52,898 nt of DNA from a virus (IMGVR_UViG_3300025030_000139:1-52898); one strand, 5' to 3'; positions 18,676 through 28,173 are shown, counted from the first letter of the stretch. Notes: generated by a model from the letters alone, not told the origin. Made by a program: numbers and translations.

Positions 18676-20436
18676 CTATAATCCCATCTGCTCCGCCGTC
18701 ACCACCACCGCCTTCGCCGTCGCCGTTCCTGCCTTCGCCTCAATCGGAATGTGCTGCGCAACCCGGCAATAATTCTCCGCGTGCGCCAGGTGATCGGGCT
18801 TTCCTTCCTGTTGGATGTAACGCGCGATCTGCACGCCGTTCGGCCCATTCTCGATCACGCGCACCTGCGCCTTCAGGTGGTCGTAATAATCTTTCACATC
18901 CCTGGAATTCGCGGGCAGGGTCGCCGTCTGATCTACGAATTCCGCGAACAGCGCGTCGAGTGTCCGCGTCCGATCGAGATTGACCACGCCATTATCCACG
19001 TCCGGCGCGATCGGCTCGATCAGTTTCGATCCGATCTTCGTCTGGCTGTAATAGGCCAGCCATACCACGCCCGGCGGAAATTCCGCCTGCACCTCGCGCG
19101 CCTTCGTCGTCTCAGGCAGCGCGTCGATGACGCACACCTGCACGTGGAAGCGCTTGATCAGATTCCCTATCTCCTCGAACGAATCGATCGCGCCCGCCCA
19201 GCGCTGCGGCCGCTCGCCCGTCTCCGCGTCGATCGGACCCCGGATAACCACGTGCTTCAACGTCCCCACGTCCACGCCCATCCACGTTTTTTCTTTGGCC
19301 CGCGCGCCGTGCGCGTAATCCCGCCGGCAGGCGTCCAGCACCTCGTCGCTCAATTGCCCGCCGCGCGGCGTGTACGGCTCGGCCAGGTCCTGATTGAAGC
19401 ATTCCTTGCGCTTGGTCTCGTCCACCTCTTGCAGCGTCTGCACCAATTCCAGCAGCTTGATCGCCGGGCTCATGAACTTGGTCACGTGGAATCCGGCGAC
19501 GTGGCCCGCCTGCGTGGCCACCCAGCGCCCCGTCCCCAGCCGATCGATCTCTTTCTGGCATTTCTGGCAGGCGACAAACGCGCGCCCCTCTGCCTGGCCG
19601 TGCCAGTGCACCGGCCGATCCAACTGATCGAACTCCGTCACGATCGAGCGGATCGTCATCACCTGCCATTCGCCGCACGAAGTGCAGCGCACGAACCACT
19701 CGCGCTGGTCGCTGTGCAAATACTCCGCGTGAATGCCGCGCCCCGGATACGTCGGCGTGCTCACCTTGCGCACCTCCGCGATCGCGCTGTGCCCCAATCG
19801 TTTCTCTGCGATCGTGATCGCGCGCGGGTCCATCTCATCCTCTTCGTCGACGATTAACACGTCGGCGTCCACCGTCTTCAATTGATCGGCCAGGCCGCTC
19901 GGATCGACCTGCCCGCCGCGAAAATAAATGAACCGCTTCCGCACGCGCTTCAGCGTCACCCGATCGGCTCCGCGTTTATCGCCGCCCTCCACCACGATGG
20001 CCTTCAGGTAATCACTCGCCTCGAGTGCCGGCCCCACCCGCGCCGATGAGAAATCGCTAATCACTCGATCGGTCGGCATCACGTACAGCACCGTCGCTTG
20101 GCGTTGGTCTGCCGCGTGGAACGCCGTCGAAATCAGATACTCGCTCGCGCCCATCTGGCTTGCCTTGTCGATTACCACCTGCTGCGCCGTGCAGCCGTAA
20201 ATGCCGGCCAGGTACGCATGCTGCCTTAAATCGAACGGCCGCTCAGGAATCAGATTTCTCCGGTGCATGATCGTCCACGCCAGTAGGGGCAGTCCCTTGC
20301 GGCTGCCCACCTGTTGGGACAGTTCCATGTGACTGCCCTTCTCCGCGCGGCTGTCCCTCTGCCGGCTGGCCTTCTCCATCAGGCTGGCCGCGTAGCGCCG
20401 TTTCAAGATTATGGATAAGTCGGTCGAGATCGTCAT
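18676..20436 (-). CDS. Terminase large subunit (lambda GpA-like); start uncertain
   Basis: Walker A KASQMGASE, Walker B LIVDEED, VSTPT, Zn-binding CxxC pairs, nuclease MGVDVG and C-terminal PDHLAHA. Confidence 0.93.
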   Translation of the reverse strand: MTISTDLSIILKRRYAASLMEKASRQRDSRAEKGSHMELSQQVGSRKGLPLLAWTIMHRRNLIPERPFDLRQHAYLAGIYGCTAQQVVIDKASQMGASEYLISTAFHAADQRQATVLYVMPTDRVISDFSSARVGPALEASDYLKAIVVEGGDKRGADRVTLKRVRKRFIYFRGGQVDPSGLADQLKTVDADVLIVDEEDEMDPRAITIAEKRLGHSAIAEVRKVSTPTYPGRGIHAEYLHSDQREWFVRCTSCGEWQVMTIRSIVTEFDQLDRPVHWHGQAEGRAFVACQKCQKEIDRLGTGRWVATQAGHVAGFHVTKFMSPAIKLLELVQTLQEVDETKRKECFNQDLAEPYTPRGGQLSDEVLDACRRDYAHGARAKEKTWMGVDVGTLKHVVIRGPIDAETGERPQRWAGAIDSFEEIGNLIKRFHVQVCVIDALPETTKAREVQAEFPPGVVWLAYYSQTKIGSKLIEPIAPDVDNGVVNLDRTRTLDALFAEFVDQTATLPANSRDVKDYYDHLKAQVRVIENGPNGVQIARYIQQEGKPDHLAHAENYCRVAQHIPIEAKAGTATAKAVVVTAEQMGL

Positions 20437-21016
20437 TGTCCAGCTGCGCCAGTTCGCTCCACGCCACAGTTTCGATCGGCCCGTCGTTGGGCCCGCTCAA
20501 ATTCAACGCCGCCCGCGGCCGGTAATCTCCCACCATCTCAAAATAGAGTTTCCGATCCTGATGTCCTTCCGGTATCGCCGTCGAGGCCACGTCGATCAGC
20601 GCATTGATTACATCCCGCCGGTACAGCAGCAGCGCCTCCGACCGGAACAAAATCACGCGCTCCTCGATCGCCGGGTACAGCTTGCGCCATTTGTAAATGA
20701 CCTTGTCGGACCGCAGCCCCAGCACGCTCGCCAGTTCCTTCAGCGTGGCCGGCCAGCGCCGCTGCGTCGGACTCGACGCCCAGGCGATGTAGGCCGCGAC
20801 TCGCCACGTAAACCCCTCATTGCGCAGATGCGCGTAATCGTCCCACCATCCGCACACCTCGTGATGCGCTTCAAATGCGGCGAACGCCTCGCGGCTTTTG
20901 GGCTGTCCCGGCGTCTGCTTAGAAGCCGGAAATGCCGTTGCGGCCTTCGTTCGCTTCTGAGTGGTTCGCCGTGTTTTTGGCTCATGTGGATTCGTCTTCT
21001 TCGTTCGCTTCGGCAT
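20243..21016 (-). CDS. Terminase small subunit-like HTH protein
   Basis: HTH TLKELASVLGLRSDKVIYKWRK, DRKLYFEMVG and LSGPNDGPI motifs; directly upstream of TerL. Confidence 0.8.
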   Translation of the reverse strand: MPKRTKKTNPHEPKTRRTTQKRTKAATAFPASKQTPGQPKSREAFAAFEAHHEVCGWWDDYAHLRNEGFTWRVAAYIAWASSPTQRRWPATLKELASVLGLRSDKVIYKWRKLYPAIEERVILFRSEALLLYRRDVINALIDVASTAIPEGHQDRKLYFEMVGDYRPRAALNLSGPNDGPIETVAWSELAQLDNDDLDRLIHNLETALRGQPDGEGQPAEGQPRGEGQSHGTVPTGGQPQGTAPTGVDDHAPEKSDS

Positions 21017-21059
21017 CCTGACCGACTTCCCAAAAGTAGAAAAAGTCAACTTCTACTTT

Positions 21060-21272
21060 TCAGCCTCTCCCCTGCTCGGCTGATACTGCACTCACTACGC
21101 GAACGATCCGCACCACCAGCACAACCGCCAGCGTGATGCCCACGCCGCACACGAAGACCGCCGCAGCCGCCACCGGAATCACATCCCGCGTCGCGCAGCC
21201 CACATCCGCATACAGCCCGCCCCGTTCGTCACCGTCACTTGAATTCGACACGTCTCTCTCAACCCGCCCCAT
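21060..21272 (-). CDS. Small membrane protein
   Basis: Hydrophobic C-terminal helix. Confidence 0.45.
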   Translation of the reverse strand: MGRVERDVSNSSDGDERGGLYADVGCATRDVIPVAAAAVFVCGVGITLAVVLVVRIVRVVSAVSAEQGRG

Positions 21273-21312
21273 TCGACAGCCCCGGCCTGCTCATAACGAC
21301 AAACGGCGAGCC

Positions 21313-21654
21313 TCAGCTCGCCGCCTTCAATGCTGCTTTCGCCGCCTTCACATCCGCCGGTTTCGGGATGATCCGATCGACGCCCTGGTTCGCCGTCCAC
21401 GCCAAAACGATCACGCCGGCCAGTTCCCAGATTCCGCCCGCCGGACAGGAAACAAACGTAAATCCGGTGCCCGGCGTGCAGGCCAGCAAATAAACCGCGA
21501 CCGCGACGACGGCCGTCGTGATCGCCATCACCGACTGCTTGACCTCCTCGGTCAGCCCGGCGAACCACACCCGGAAACCTGGAATGAGCGTAGCGAGGAT
21601 CGAAATCAGACCAGCCAGAATCGCAGAGAGAGTTGCCGGTGTCAATTGCTGCAT
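21313..21654 (-). CDS. Holin-like three-TM membrane protein
   Basis: CAGGAGG RBS, three hydrophobic segments, basic C-terminus. Confidence 0.6.
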   Translation of the reverse strand: MQQLTPATLSAILAGLISILATLIPGFRVWFAGLTEEVKQSVMAITTAVVAVAVYLLACTPGTGFTFVSCPAGGIWELAGVIVLAWTANQGVDRIIPKPADVKAAKAALKAAS

Positions 21655-21670
21655 GTTGGTTCCTCCTGAG

Positions 21671-21717
21671 AAAATAAAAAAGCGCCGTCACCCCCCGCAG
21701 GGGCACGGCGCCTTTTA
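21671..21717 (-). terminator. Intrinsic terminator at the head of the late operon
   Basis: Minus-strand hairpin GGCGCCGT...ACGGCGCT followed by TTTTTATTTT. Confidence 0.75.
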
Positions 21718-21775
21718 GATCCGCACAGATACCGCTATTCCACTTTAGACACTTCGCACTTTAGTCACTTCACAC

Positions 21776-21958
21776 TTAAAACCCGCTGATCGTCTCCTCT
21801 TTCTCAATCACCGCCGTCAAATGCCTGCCCCGGAACGAAAAACGCACCCCCACCGATCCAACCTGGATCAGCTCGGCGCGTTTCACAAGCCAGGCGATCA
21901 TCTCCGCCAGCCGTCCCGTCAACTCGTGCCTCTCACCACCGATCAGCACCGTCACCAT
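21776..21958 (-). CDS. Hypothetical 60-aa protein
   Basis: ATG immediately after the promoter, so possibly leaderless. Confidence 0.55.
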   Translation of the reverse strand: MVTVLIGGERHELTGRLAEMIAWLVKRAELIQVGSVGVRFSFRGRHLTAVIEKEETISGF

Positions 21959-21964
21959 ACCACC

Positions 21965-21992
21965 AGTATAATACGACCCCCGCCAAAGTCAA
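21965..21992 (-). promoter_or_regulatory. Sigma70-type promoter for the late operon
   Basis: TTGACT-N16-TATACT on the minus strand. Confidence 0.65.
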
Positions 21993-22075
21993 CCACTAAC
22001 CCACTGGCTGCACCCGATGGGTGCCAGGTTGCACCCCGCCCGGCATGACGTTTGTCGCTGCGCAGCTAATACCTC

Positions 22076-23797
22076 TTATTCAAACAGCGTTCCATTCGCT
22101 CGCAGCCGCTTCCCGTCCCGCACTGCCAACTCCAGCGTGCACAGCCTGCTCATCGCATTATTGATTCCCCCCGTCCCCGGCGCATACCCCGCCCGCTCCG
22201 CCAGGGCGTCCCGCTCGATCTCCGCCGGGTAAATCTCGATCAGCACGTCGAACGCCGCCCGCTCGGCCTTGCTCAGTTTACGCCGCCAGTAATCGATCAA
22301 ATCCTGCCCCGCCGGCAGCGGTTCAACCGGCCCCAGCGCATCCAGTCCATCATCTGTGATTTGCAGGTGCTCCCGGCCGCCGTGGATATACCGTCTGGAT
22401 CGCAGCGCCCCGATCGCATTGTTGAATCCGCCCGTCCCGATCGCATACCCGCTCAAGATCGCCACCTGGTTCAGCGTCCGGCCATCCGGGTACTGCGTCA
22501 GCACCGTCAAGATCGCCCGCTCTGCCCTCGGCAACCTCTCTCCCTCCCCTGTTCGCGCCGTTTGCGAATGGGGGAGGAGCGGGGTGGGGGTGAGGGCCAC
22601 GCCCTTCTCCCTATTAGGGAGAAGGGTTGGGGATGAGGGTCTAATCACCGGGGCTGAGGGTCTAATCTTCGTCGCCGCCTGAACCGCCTCCGTAATCGCC
22701 CGACTCACCCCGATCAACTGGTTCCCCACACCGACCAATTGGTCACTGACCGCCTCCAGCGCCTTGACTTCCCCATCCCGAAATATCGGCACCTCCACCC
22801 GCTCGACGATCGTCTCGATCTTCGGCACGGCTTGCGCCGTCTGAACCGGTCGCGTCGGCGCAGACCGCGCCATCATCTCGCGCTTCAAGCGATGAATCTC
22901 TTTCTGCATCGCCTCGATGGTTCGCACCTCCTCGTCGGCCTGTTTCGGAAGATCGCCGATCTGCGCCACCACCTCGCGGATCTTCTCCGAAGCGCGCGGC
23001 GCTTGTAGCAGGTGTCTCTGCCCGGCCTTGGGATGCGTCGTCTCCACCTCGTCCGATCGGAACCGCACCACCCCGTGCCCGCTCAGCGCCGGGCCGAACG
23101 CGAAGAACTCGCCCGGGTCCAGATCGCGCAGCGCCTGGCGATCGGCCTTGTTCATCCCCAGCAGATCGCCCGCCCGCTGTTGATCCACGTCGAGCCAGGT
23201 ACGCCCAATCACCACATTATTCGACTCCGCCGCGGCATCCTTGTGCAGCTTGCTCAAGCGCTGGGTGGACAGGATTCCCGCAAAGCCCCGCTTCCGGCCC
23301 TGGCTCATCATCGTGATGACGGCCTCGGTGGCCACCGACTCGCCGGCCGCTCTCTCCGGCGCGAACACGTGCGCCTCATCGAGCACCACCAGCAGCGGAT
23401 GCCATAGGTCGCGCCTCACGGTCATCAGCGCTTCCAGGAATCGCTTCACGAACTCGCGACGCTCGTGCAGCTTCAGATCGTACAGATCGACGATCGCGCT
23501 GATGCCGACCTCGCATAGTTTCCGCGCCAGCAGCGCCGCCGATCGCAGGTCCGTGGCCAGCTCGCCCCCCTGCCCCACCAGCGCCATATCCACCTTCTCG
23601 CGCAGCGTCGCAAATTCCCCCTCCGGATCGAGCACGATCGTCTGCACCTTGCCCGCCGTCCGCTCGCACATCAACCTCAGCAGCCAGCTCTTCCCGCCGC
23701 CGCTGTTCGCCTGGATCAGCATCCGCGTATCCACTAGCCGCGCCAGGTCGATTTTGACAGCGCCCTGCTCCGCTTTCCCGATCGTAAATGTCGTCAT
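22076..23797 (-). CDS. HerA/DUF87-like P-loop ATPase with C-terminal winged helices
   Basis: ANSGGGKS, VLDPEGEF, VVLDEAH, GRKRG and STQR motifs. Confidence 0.85.
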   Translation of the reverse strand: MTTFTIGKAEQGAVKIDLARLVDTRMLIQANSGGGKSWLLRLMCERTAGKVQTIVLDPEGEFATLREKVDMALVGQGGELATDLRSAALLARKLCEVGISAIVDLYDLKLHERREFVKRFLEALMTVRRDLWHPLLVVLDEAHVFAPERAAGESVATEAVITMMSQGRKRGFAGILSTQRLSKLHKDAAAESNNVVIGRTWLDVDQQRAGDLLGMNKADRQALRDLDPGEFFAFGPALSGHGVVRFRSDEVETTHPKAGQRHLLQAPRASEKIREVVAQIGDLPKQADEEVRTIEAMQKEIHRLKREMMARSAPTRPVQTAQAVPKIETIVERVEVPIFRDGEVKALEAVSDQLVGVGNQLIGVSRAITEAVQAATKIRPSAPVIRPSSPTLLPNREKGVALTPTPLLPHSQTARTGEGERLPRAERAILTVLTQYPDGRTLNQVAILSGYAIGTGGFNNAIGALRSRRYIHGGREHLQITDDGLDALGPVEPLPAGQDLIDYWRRKLSKAERAAFDVLIEIYPAEIERDALAERAGYAPGTGGINNAMSRLCTLELAVRDGKRLRANGTLFE

Positions 23798-23829
23798 GGT
23801 TACTGCGTATCTAATGAGGGTTAGCTGCA

Positions 23830-24297
23830 CTATATCCCGACATACAAATTCGAGAATACATTTCCCACCGCCGGCCCGACCAGCGCTAGAATCACGAGCA
23901 CCGTAATCGTCACCAGCGCCAACAGCAGCGCATACTCCACTACCCCCTGCCCTTCCTCCCCTCGCCCATTGGGAGAAGGATTGGGGGTGAGGGGTAATGC
24001 ATCCGCGTGCACCGTCGCCCACTGCGCCTTCAGATAATACCGGTGTCCATCATGGATCCGCTTCGCCGCCACATTCGGAACCGGCGATGGAAAATCCCGC
24101 GTCACTGTGCCCCATTCCCTCGCGCTGGGCCACGTGCTATCGCGCGAAATCTGTAGGTAGGTTTGCCCGTCCTTCACCATCACGTCCACCCGCAGGCCAT
24201 GCGCCAACGGCTGCCGCTGCGCCTGGCCGGGATGCTCCTCCGCCCGCTTGACCAATTGGTCGAGCGTTCGTGCGAGTCCGTGCTTCTCTTCGCTCAT
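23830..24297 (-). CDS. Soluble domain fused to a C-terminal Flp (type IVb/Tad) pilin
   Basis: C-terminal EEGQGVVEYALLLALVTITVLVILALVGPAVGNVFSNL matches the Flp G-X4-EY motif plus hydrophobic helix. Confidence 0.8.
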   Translation of the reverse strand: MSEEKHGLARTLDQLVKRAEEHPGQAQRQPLAHGLRVDVMVKDGQTYLQISRDSTWPSAREWGTVTRDFPSPVPNVAAKRIHDGHRYYLKAQWATVHADALPLTPNPSPNGRGEEGQGVVEYALLLALVTITVLVILALVGPAVGNVFSNLYVGI

Positions 24298-24623
24298 AAT
24301 ATACCTCGCTTCAGTATCGCATCGACCCGCATTCCGAAATCTGCCACCCATGCTTCCCATTCCTCGCGCGTCTCGAAAAATGGTGTGTTGCGCCACTCGA
24401 CCAATAAATCGCGCAACTCCGGCGCTGACGTCATCAGCAACGCATTTGCCTTCATTTCCTCCAGCTCGATCACCTGGCTATCGCGTCTCCATGTTCCGCA
24501 GTCCGCGAGCAAGATTTCCTGCTTCATGTCATGGACATTGATCGGAGCGCTGAAAACTCCGATGCATTCTGGCAACCCGATTCTCCACGGCCCCTTCGTT
24601 GTACTGCTCTTGGATTTATTCAT
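24294..24623 (-). CDS. Hypothetical phage protein
   Basis: TKGPW...ANALLMTSAPEL pattern common in small phage proteins. Confidence 0.7.
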   Translation of the reverse strand: MNKSKSSTTKGPWRIGLPECIGVFSAPINVHDMKQEILLADCGTWRRDSQVIELEEMKANALLMTSAPELRDLLVEWRNTPFFETREEWEAWVADFGMRVDAILKRGIL

Positions 24624-25567
24624 CCTTCATCCCTCCGCCTGCGTTCCTTCTTCGCCTTTACCTGCATGTCACTAACCGTCAACCCGCACACCTCCGCGAT
24701 CGTCGGCGCATCGATGCTGTACGTCCGCACCCCGCCCCACACCTGGTCGAACGCCACCGCGAAATACCGCAGGTCCCGCGTCACCACGAAATCATGCAGC
24801 ATCGCCAACGCCCACGCCGCCGCTAACCGGTTCACCATCAGCCCCTGCTCCCCCGCCGCCGTCAACTCCGCGCAGCTCTCTCCCCTCTCCTGTGCGCGCT
24901 TTTCCGCACGGGAGAGGGGCCGGGGGTGAGGGCCTTTCACCAAATCCGGCCACACTACGCTCGGCCCCGGCAGCCGATCCACCATCCCCAGCGCGATTGC
25001 ACCGTGCATAGCGCCCTTCTGCGCCACATTCCCGATGCACACCTGCCCGCTGTGGTTTTCATTGCCGCAATCGAGCCACCACAGCGCCCCGTTCGCACTC
25101 TTCACCGCCCGCGCCATCACCACCCGCGCCGCCGCATTATCCACCGCCCCAATCACGATATACAGCTCCCTTCTCCCCTCTCCTCTCCCCTCTCCTACAG
25201 GAGAGGGGCCGGGGGTGAGGTCCAACACATCCACCCTCCTCACCGCGCTCATAATCCTCATCCCGAACGCCGCGTTCAACCTCCCCGCCAGCGCCTCGGC
25301 CTTGTATTCGCCCACGTCGACCAGGCTAAACAACTGCCTCCCCACATTCTTCGGCTCAACCCGATCCGGATCGACGAACAGCATCTCTACCGCCACGCCC
25401 TTCTCCTGCAGCGCCTGCGCGATCGCCGCCAGCCCGCTCGCCATATGGCTCCCCGTCCCGCCGCACCCGACCAGCGTCAGATACACCCGCTTGAAATCCA
25501 CCACGCGCAGCGTCACCGGTGAAGCCGTGGAAGTAAGAAGATTGCTCATGCTTGATTCCATTCCCAT
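24620..25567 (-). CDS. PRTRC-type ThiF/E1 ubiquitin-like activating enzyme
   Basis: VGCGGTGS, DPDRVEPKNVGRQLF, GAVDN, WLDCGN and a candidate catalytic SCAE. Confidence 0.92.
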   Translation of the reverse strand: MGMESSMSNLLTSTASPVTLRVVDFKRVYLTLVGCGGTGSHMASGLAAIAQALQEKGVAVEMLFVDPDRVEPKNVGRQLFSLVDVGEYKAEALAGRLNAAFGMRIMSAVRRVDVLDLTPGPSPVGEGRGEGRRELYIVIGAVDNAAARVVMARAVKSANGALWWLDCGNENHSGQVCIGNVAQKGAMHGAIALGMVDRLPGPSVVWPDLVKGPHPRPLSRAEKRAQERGESCAELTAAGEQGLMVNRLAAAWALAMLHDFVVTRDLRYFAVAFDQVWGGVRTYSIDAPTIAEVCGLTVSDMQVKAKKERRRRDEG

Positions 25568-25577
25568 GACATTCCTC

Positions 25578-26453
25578 CTACTCGTGCGCATAAATGACCG
25601 CGCAATCGTGCCCGCTGAACCCCTGATACTCCGGCCACGTGCTGTGCGCCTCATCCATCGCCGCTTCCAGCGCGTCCTTCTCGTCCGTCGCCGCGATCAT
25701 CATCGCCAGAATCTGCGTATCGCCTGTCTTGTCTTTCGCATACAACGCACACCCCCACATCGGCCCCACGATTAGATCGTCGCTCCCCTCTCCTATAGGA
25801 GAGGGGTCGGGGGTGAGGTCCTCCATCCGATCCACAAACGGCCCCAGTCCCTCAAACACCATGTCCGCCGGCACCTCCATAAAATGCCCGTACACCCCCA
25901 CCCTCACCAATATCTCCGGCCTATCCGTGTCGATCCGCCCGATCACCGCGTAGAACCGCAATCCCTGCTCGTCCCGATCGTCCGTCTCGCTGAAGAATGC
26001 CGCCATGCTATTGTGGCTGTGCAGATCGATCACGCTGTGACCGCGATCGTCGAAATCGACCGCCGTCGGCGACGCTCTCTGTTTCGGCGCCACGCACCGC
26101 CAGGTGCGCATCTCGTCAAACACGAACTGATACATCGCCTCATTCGGCATCCGTTTCTGCGCGCTCGCCAGCACCGACCATAGCCACCGGTCCGACGCCC
26201 GCTCGATCTTCATCCTCACGTCTGGCACAACGATCGCCAGCCCGTTCAATTGCGCCGGCGCAATCTCCACCAGCGCCGTCATCCGCGAATCCTCCGCCCG
26301 GATGAACAGCCCGTTTCCCGCCACCACGTACTGATACATCACCTCCCCGATCGGCGGCAGACTCCCCTCTCCTACAGGAGAGGGGTCGGGGGTGAGGTCT
26401 TCAGCCATGATCACATCACTGATCTTCATAGCATGATCCGCTTCATCGGTCAT
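25578..26453 (-). CDS. JAB/Mov34 metallopeptidase (PRTRC protein A-like)
   Basis: PNE...DLHSHNSMAAFFSETDDRDE motif. Confidence 0.9.
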   Translation of the reverse strand: MTDEADHAMKISDVIMAEDLTPDPSPVGEGSLPPIGEVMYQYVVAGNGLFIRAEDSRMTALVEIAPAQLNGLAIVVPDVRMKIERASDRWLWSVLASAQKRMPNEAMYQFVFDEMRTWRCVAPKQRASPTAVDFDDRGHSVIDLHSHNSMAAFFSETDDRDEQGLRFYAVIGRIDTDRPEILVRVGVYGHFMEVPADMVFEGLGPFVDRMEDLTPDPSPIGEGSDDLIVGPMWGCALYAKDKTGDTQILAMMIAATDEKDALEAAMDEAHSTWPEYQGFSGHDCAVIYAHE

Positions 26454-27216
26454 CGTCCTCTCCATCCTCACCATATGCCAACTCGTAGGGATCAATCCCG
26501 TCCGCATACGGTTCGAGATTATCGCCCTCCGTCCACTCCCCATCCTCCGCGATCGCGCCCTGCCCCCGCTTCCCGCGGATGAACTCATTCACCGTCACGC
26601 CCGTGGCGACCAATTGGTCAGCCGGAAAAGTGCCCGCCTTCGAGCGCGAGAGTTTCCGCAGAAACGGCAGCAGCTCTCCCGTGCGAATCCTCCCGCCGGA
26701 TAGATCGTGGTTGAACAGGCTCTCGAAGAACAGCGCCACCGCCTGGCCCATCATCTCCGCGCTGGCCGCCGGGAACTGCACATTGCCCGCGCACACCGCC
26801 CCGTTCTCGTGCACGTTCGGCAGCGGCGCTTGATACATCATCTCGCGGCCCGTCGTCGGCCGCTCCGTCAGCGCGAACACGCTGTACTGCGTACCCTGCC
26901 CCACCACCATCAGGCCCGGCAGCGGCGCCGTCAGCGTTTCCACCTCCTCCGTCACCTGCAGGCGGATCGTTCGCCGCGCCGGCGATAGCCACACCCCGAT
27001 GTGCAGCACACCGCCGCGCGACGACCAGAACAGCGTGTCCGGCGGCAGTAGCCCGGTCGATGCGCCGAACTGGTTGAACGCATTGCACACCTCGCCGATC
27101 GCCGCCGGATATGTCAGCGCCGGCGCGCCCGTTCGATCGTGCCGCGTAATCCAGCACGCCTCGTCCGTCAGCGTCACCGTCACGCGCGGGATTCTGTCAT
27201 ATTCCTCGTCAGGCAT
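26443..27216 (-). CDS. Prokaryotic E2-like enzyme (PRTRC protein B-like)
   Basis: GLLPPDTL, PLPGL, APLPNVHENGAVCAG (candidate catalytic Cys) and FFESLF motifs. Confidence 0.85.
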   Translation of the reverse strand: MPDEEYDRIPRVTVTLTDEACWITRHDRTGAPALTYPAAIGEVCNAFNQFGASTGLLPPDTLFWSSRGGVLHIGVWLSPARRTIRLQVTEEVETLTAPLPGLMVVGQGTQYSVFALTERPTTGREMMYQAPLPNVHENGAVCAGNVQFPAASAEMMGQAVALFFESLFNHDLSGGRIRTGELLPFLRKLSRSKAGTFPADQLVATGVTVNEFIRGKRGQGAIAEDGEWTEGDNLEPYADGIDPYELAYGEDGEDDDR

Positions 27217-27297
27217 TTGTTTCTGCGCTTTGCATCTCACTTCGCACTTCCCATTTCCCATTTCCCACTTCCCACTTCGCACTTCCCACTTCGCACT

Positions 27298-28173
27298 TTA
27301 GACACTTCGCACTTTAGACACTTCGCACTTCTTTCTCACCAGCATGCTCGCCTTCGCTTCCGCATCCCCGCTCAAAATCCACAGCAGCAGCGGCACGCGC
27401 GGCCGCGGATCGATGTCGATGTAATCAGCCAGCGCCTCGATGCGCTGCCACACCGGTTTCGCGCGTTCCCACTCCCTGGCCAGCGCCCGTATCTCCCCGA
27501 TCGACCACGGCGGATAGCTTCCTCCGCTCTCCATCACGTCCAGGTGCGAATTGTCCAGCCAGAATAGACCCGTATCCATCTGGCAATATCTCACCAGATC
27601 GGGCAGCCCGTTCCACGGCGGCCGCCACACCTGGCCGCGCACCGGCGCAATCGAGGCCGGCTCATAATGCTGCGTATCGAACTCGCGCACCTGGTGCGCG
27701 ATCTTTTTCAGCGCCGGGTAGCATTCGAGTTCCGCGCTGTACGCAGGATTTTCGCGCAGCCGATCCTCGCTCACAAACCACTCCACCGCCGCAAACGCCG
27801 CGTGCCGATCATCACGATCCCGCTCGTCATAGTCGCGGCCGTATAAATTGACCGGAATCCCAAACTCGCCCGCTTCGTACATCGCATCCCAGCCGGGCGC
27901 GTCGTCAGGATCCTCGAACCACGGCTCGAACACCGGGAACAGCGTGCTAAGATAATTCAGCAATCCATAATAGGCCGCCATCCGCCCGCGCGCGTGCTCC
28001 ACCGGCCACGCCGGATCGAGCCGCGCCAGCAGCCGCGCAAAGCGATTGCAGCGCATATCCGCCTGGCGCAGCAGCCACGAACAGCGCACCGCCGTTTTGG
28101 GTAATGCAATCGTCGCAAACTTCATAGCATGACCCGCTTTATCGGTCATAGCATGACCCGCTTTATCGGTCAT
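27298..28173 (-). CDS. Hypothetical protein at the PRTRC protein F position
   Basis: Sits between Ubl and E2; family assignment is by synteny only. Confidence 0.6.
   Translation of the reverse strand: MTDKAGHAMTDKAGHAMKFATIALPKTAVRCSWLLRQADMRCNRFARLLARLDPAWPVEHARGRMAAYYGLLNYLSTLFPVFEPWFEDPDDAPGWDAMYEAGEFGIPVNLYGRDYDERDRDDRHAAFAAVEWFVSEDRLRENPAYSAELECYPALKKIAHQVREFDTQHYEPASIAPVRGQVWRPPWNGLPDLVRYCQMDTGLFWLDNSHLDVMESGGSYPPWSIGEIRALAREWERAKPVWQRIEALADYIDIDPRPRVPLLLWILSGDAEAKASMLVRKKCEVSKVRSV

Noticed and set aside
23798-24022. N-terminal extension of the HerA ORF
   Set aside because: It overlaps the pilin fusion in another frame and the dif-like site; ATG 23797 fits better
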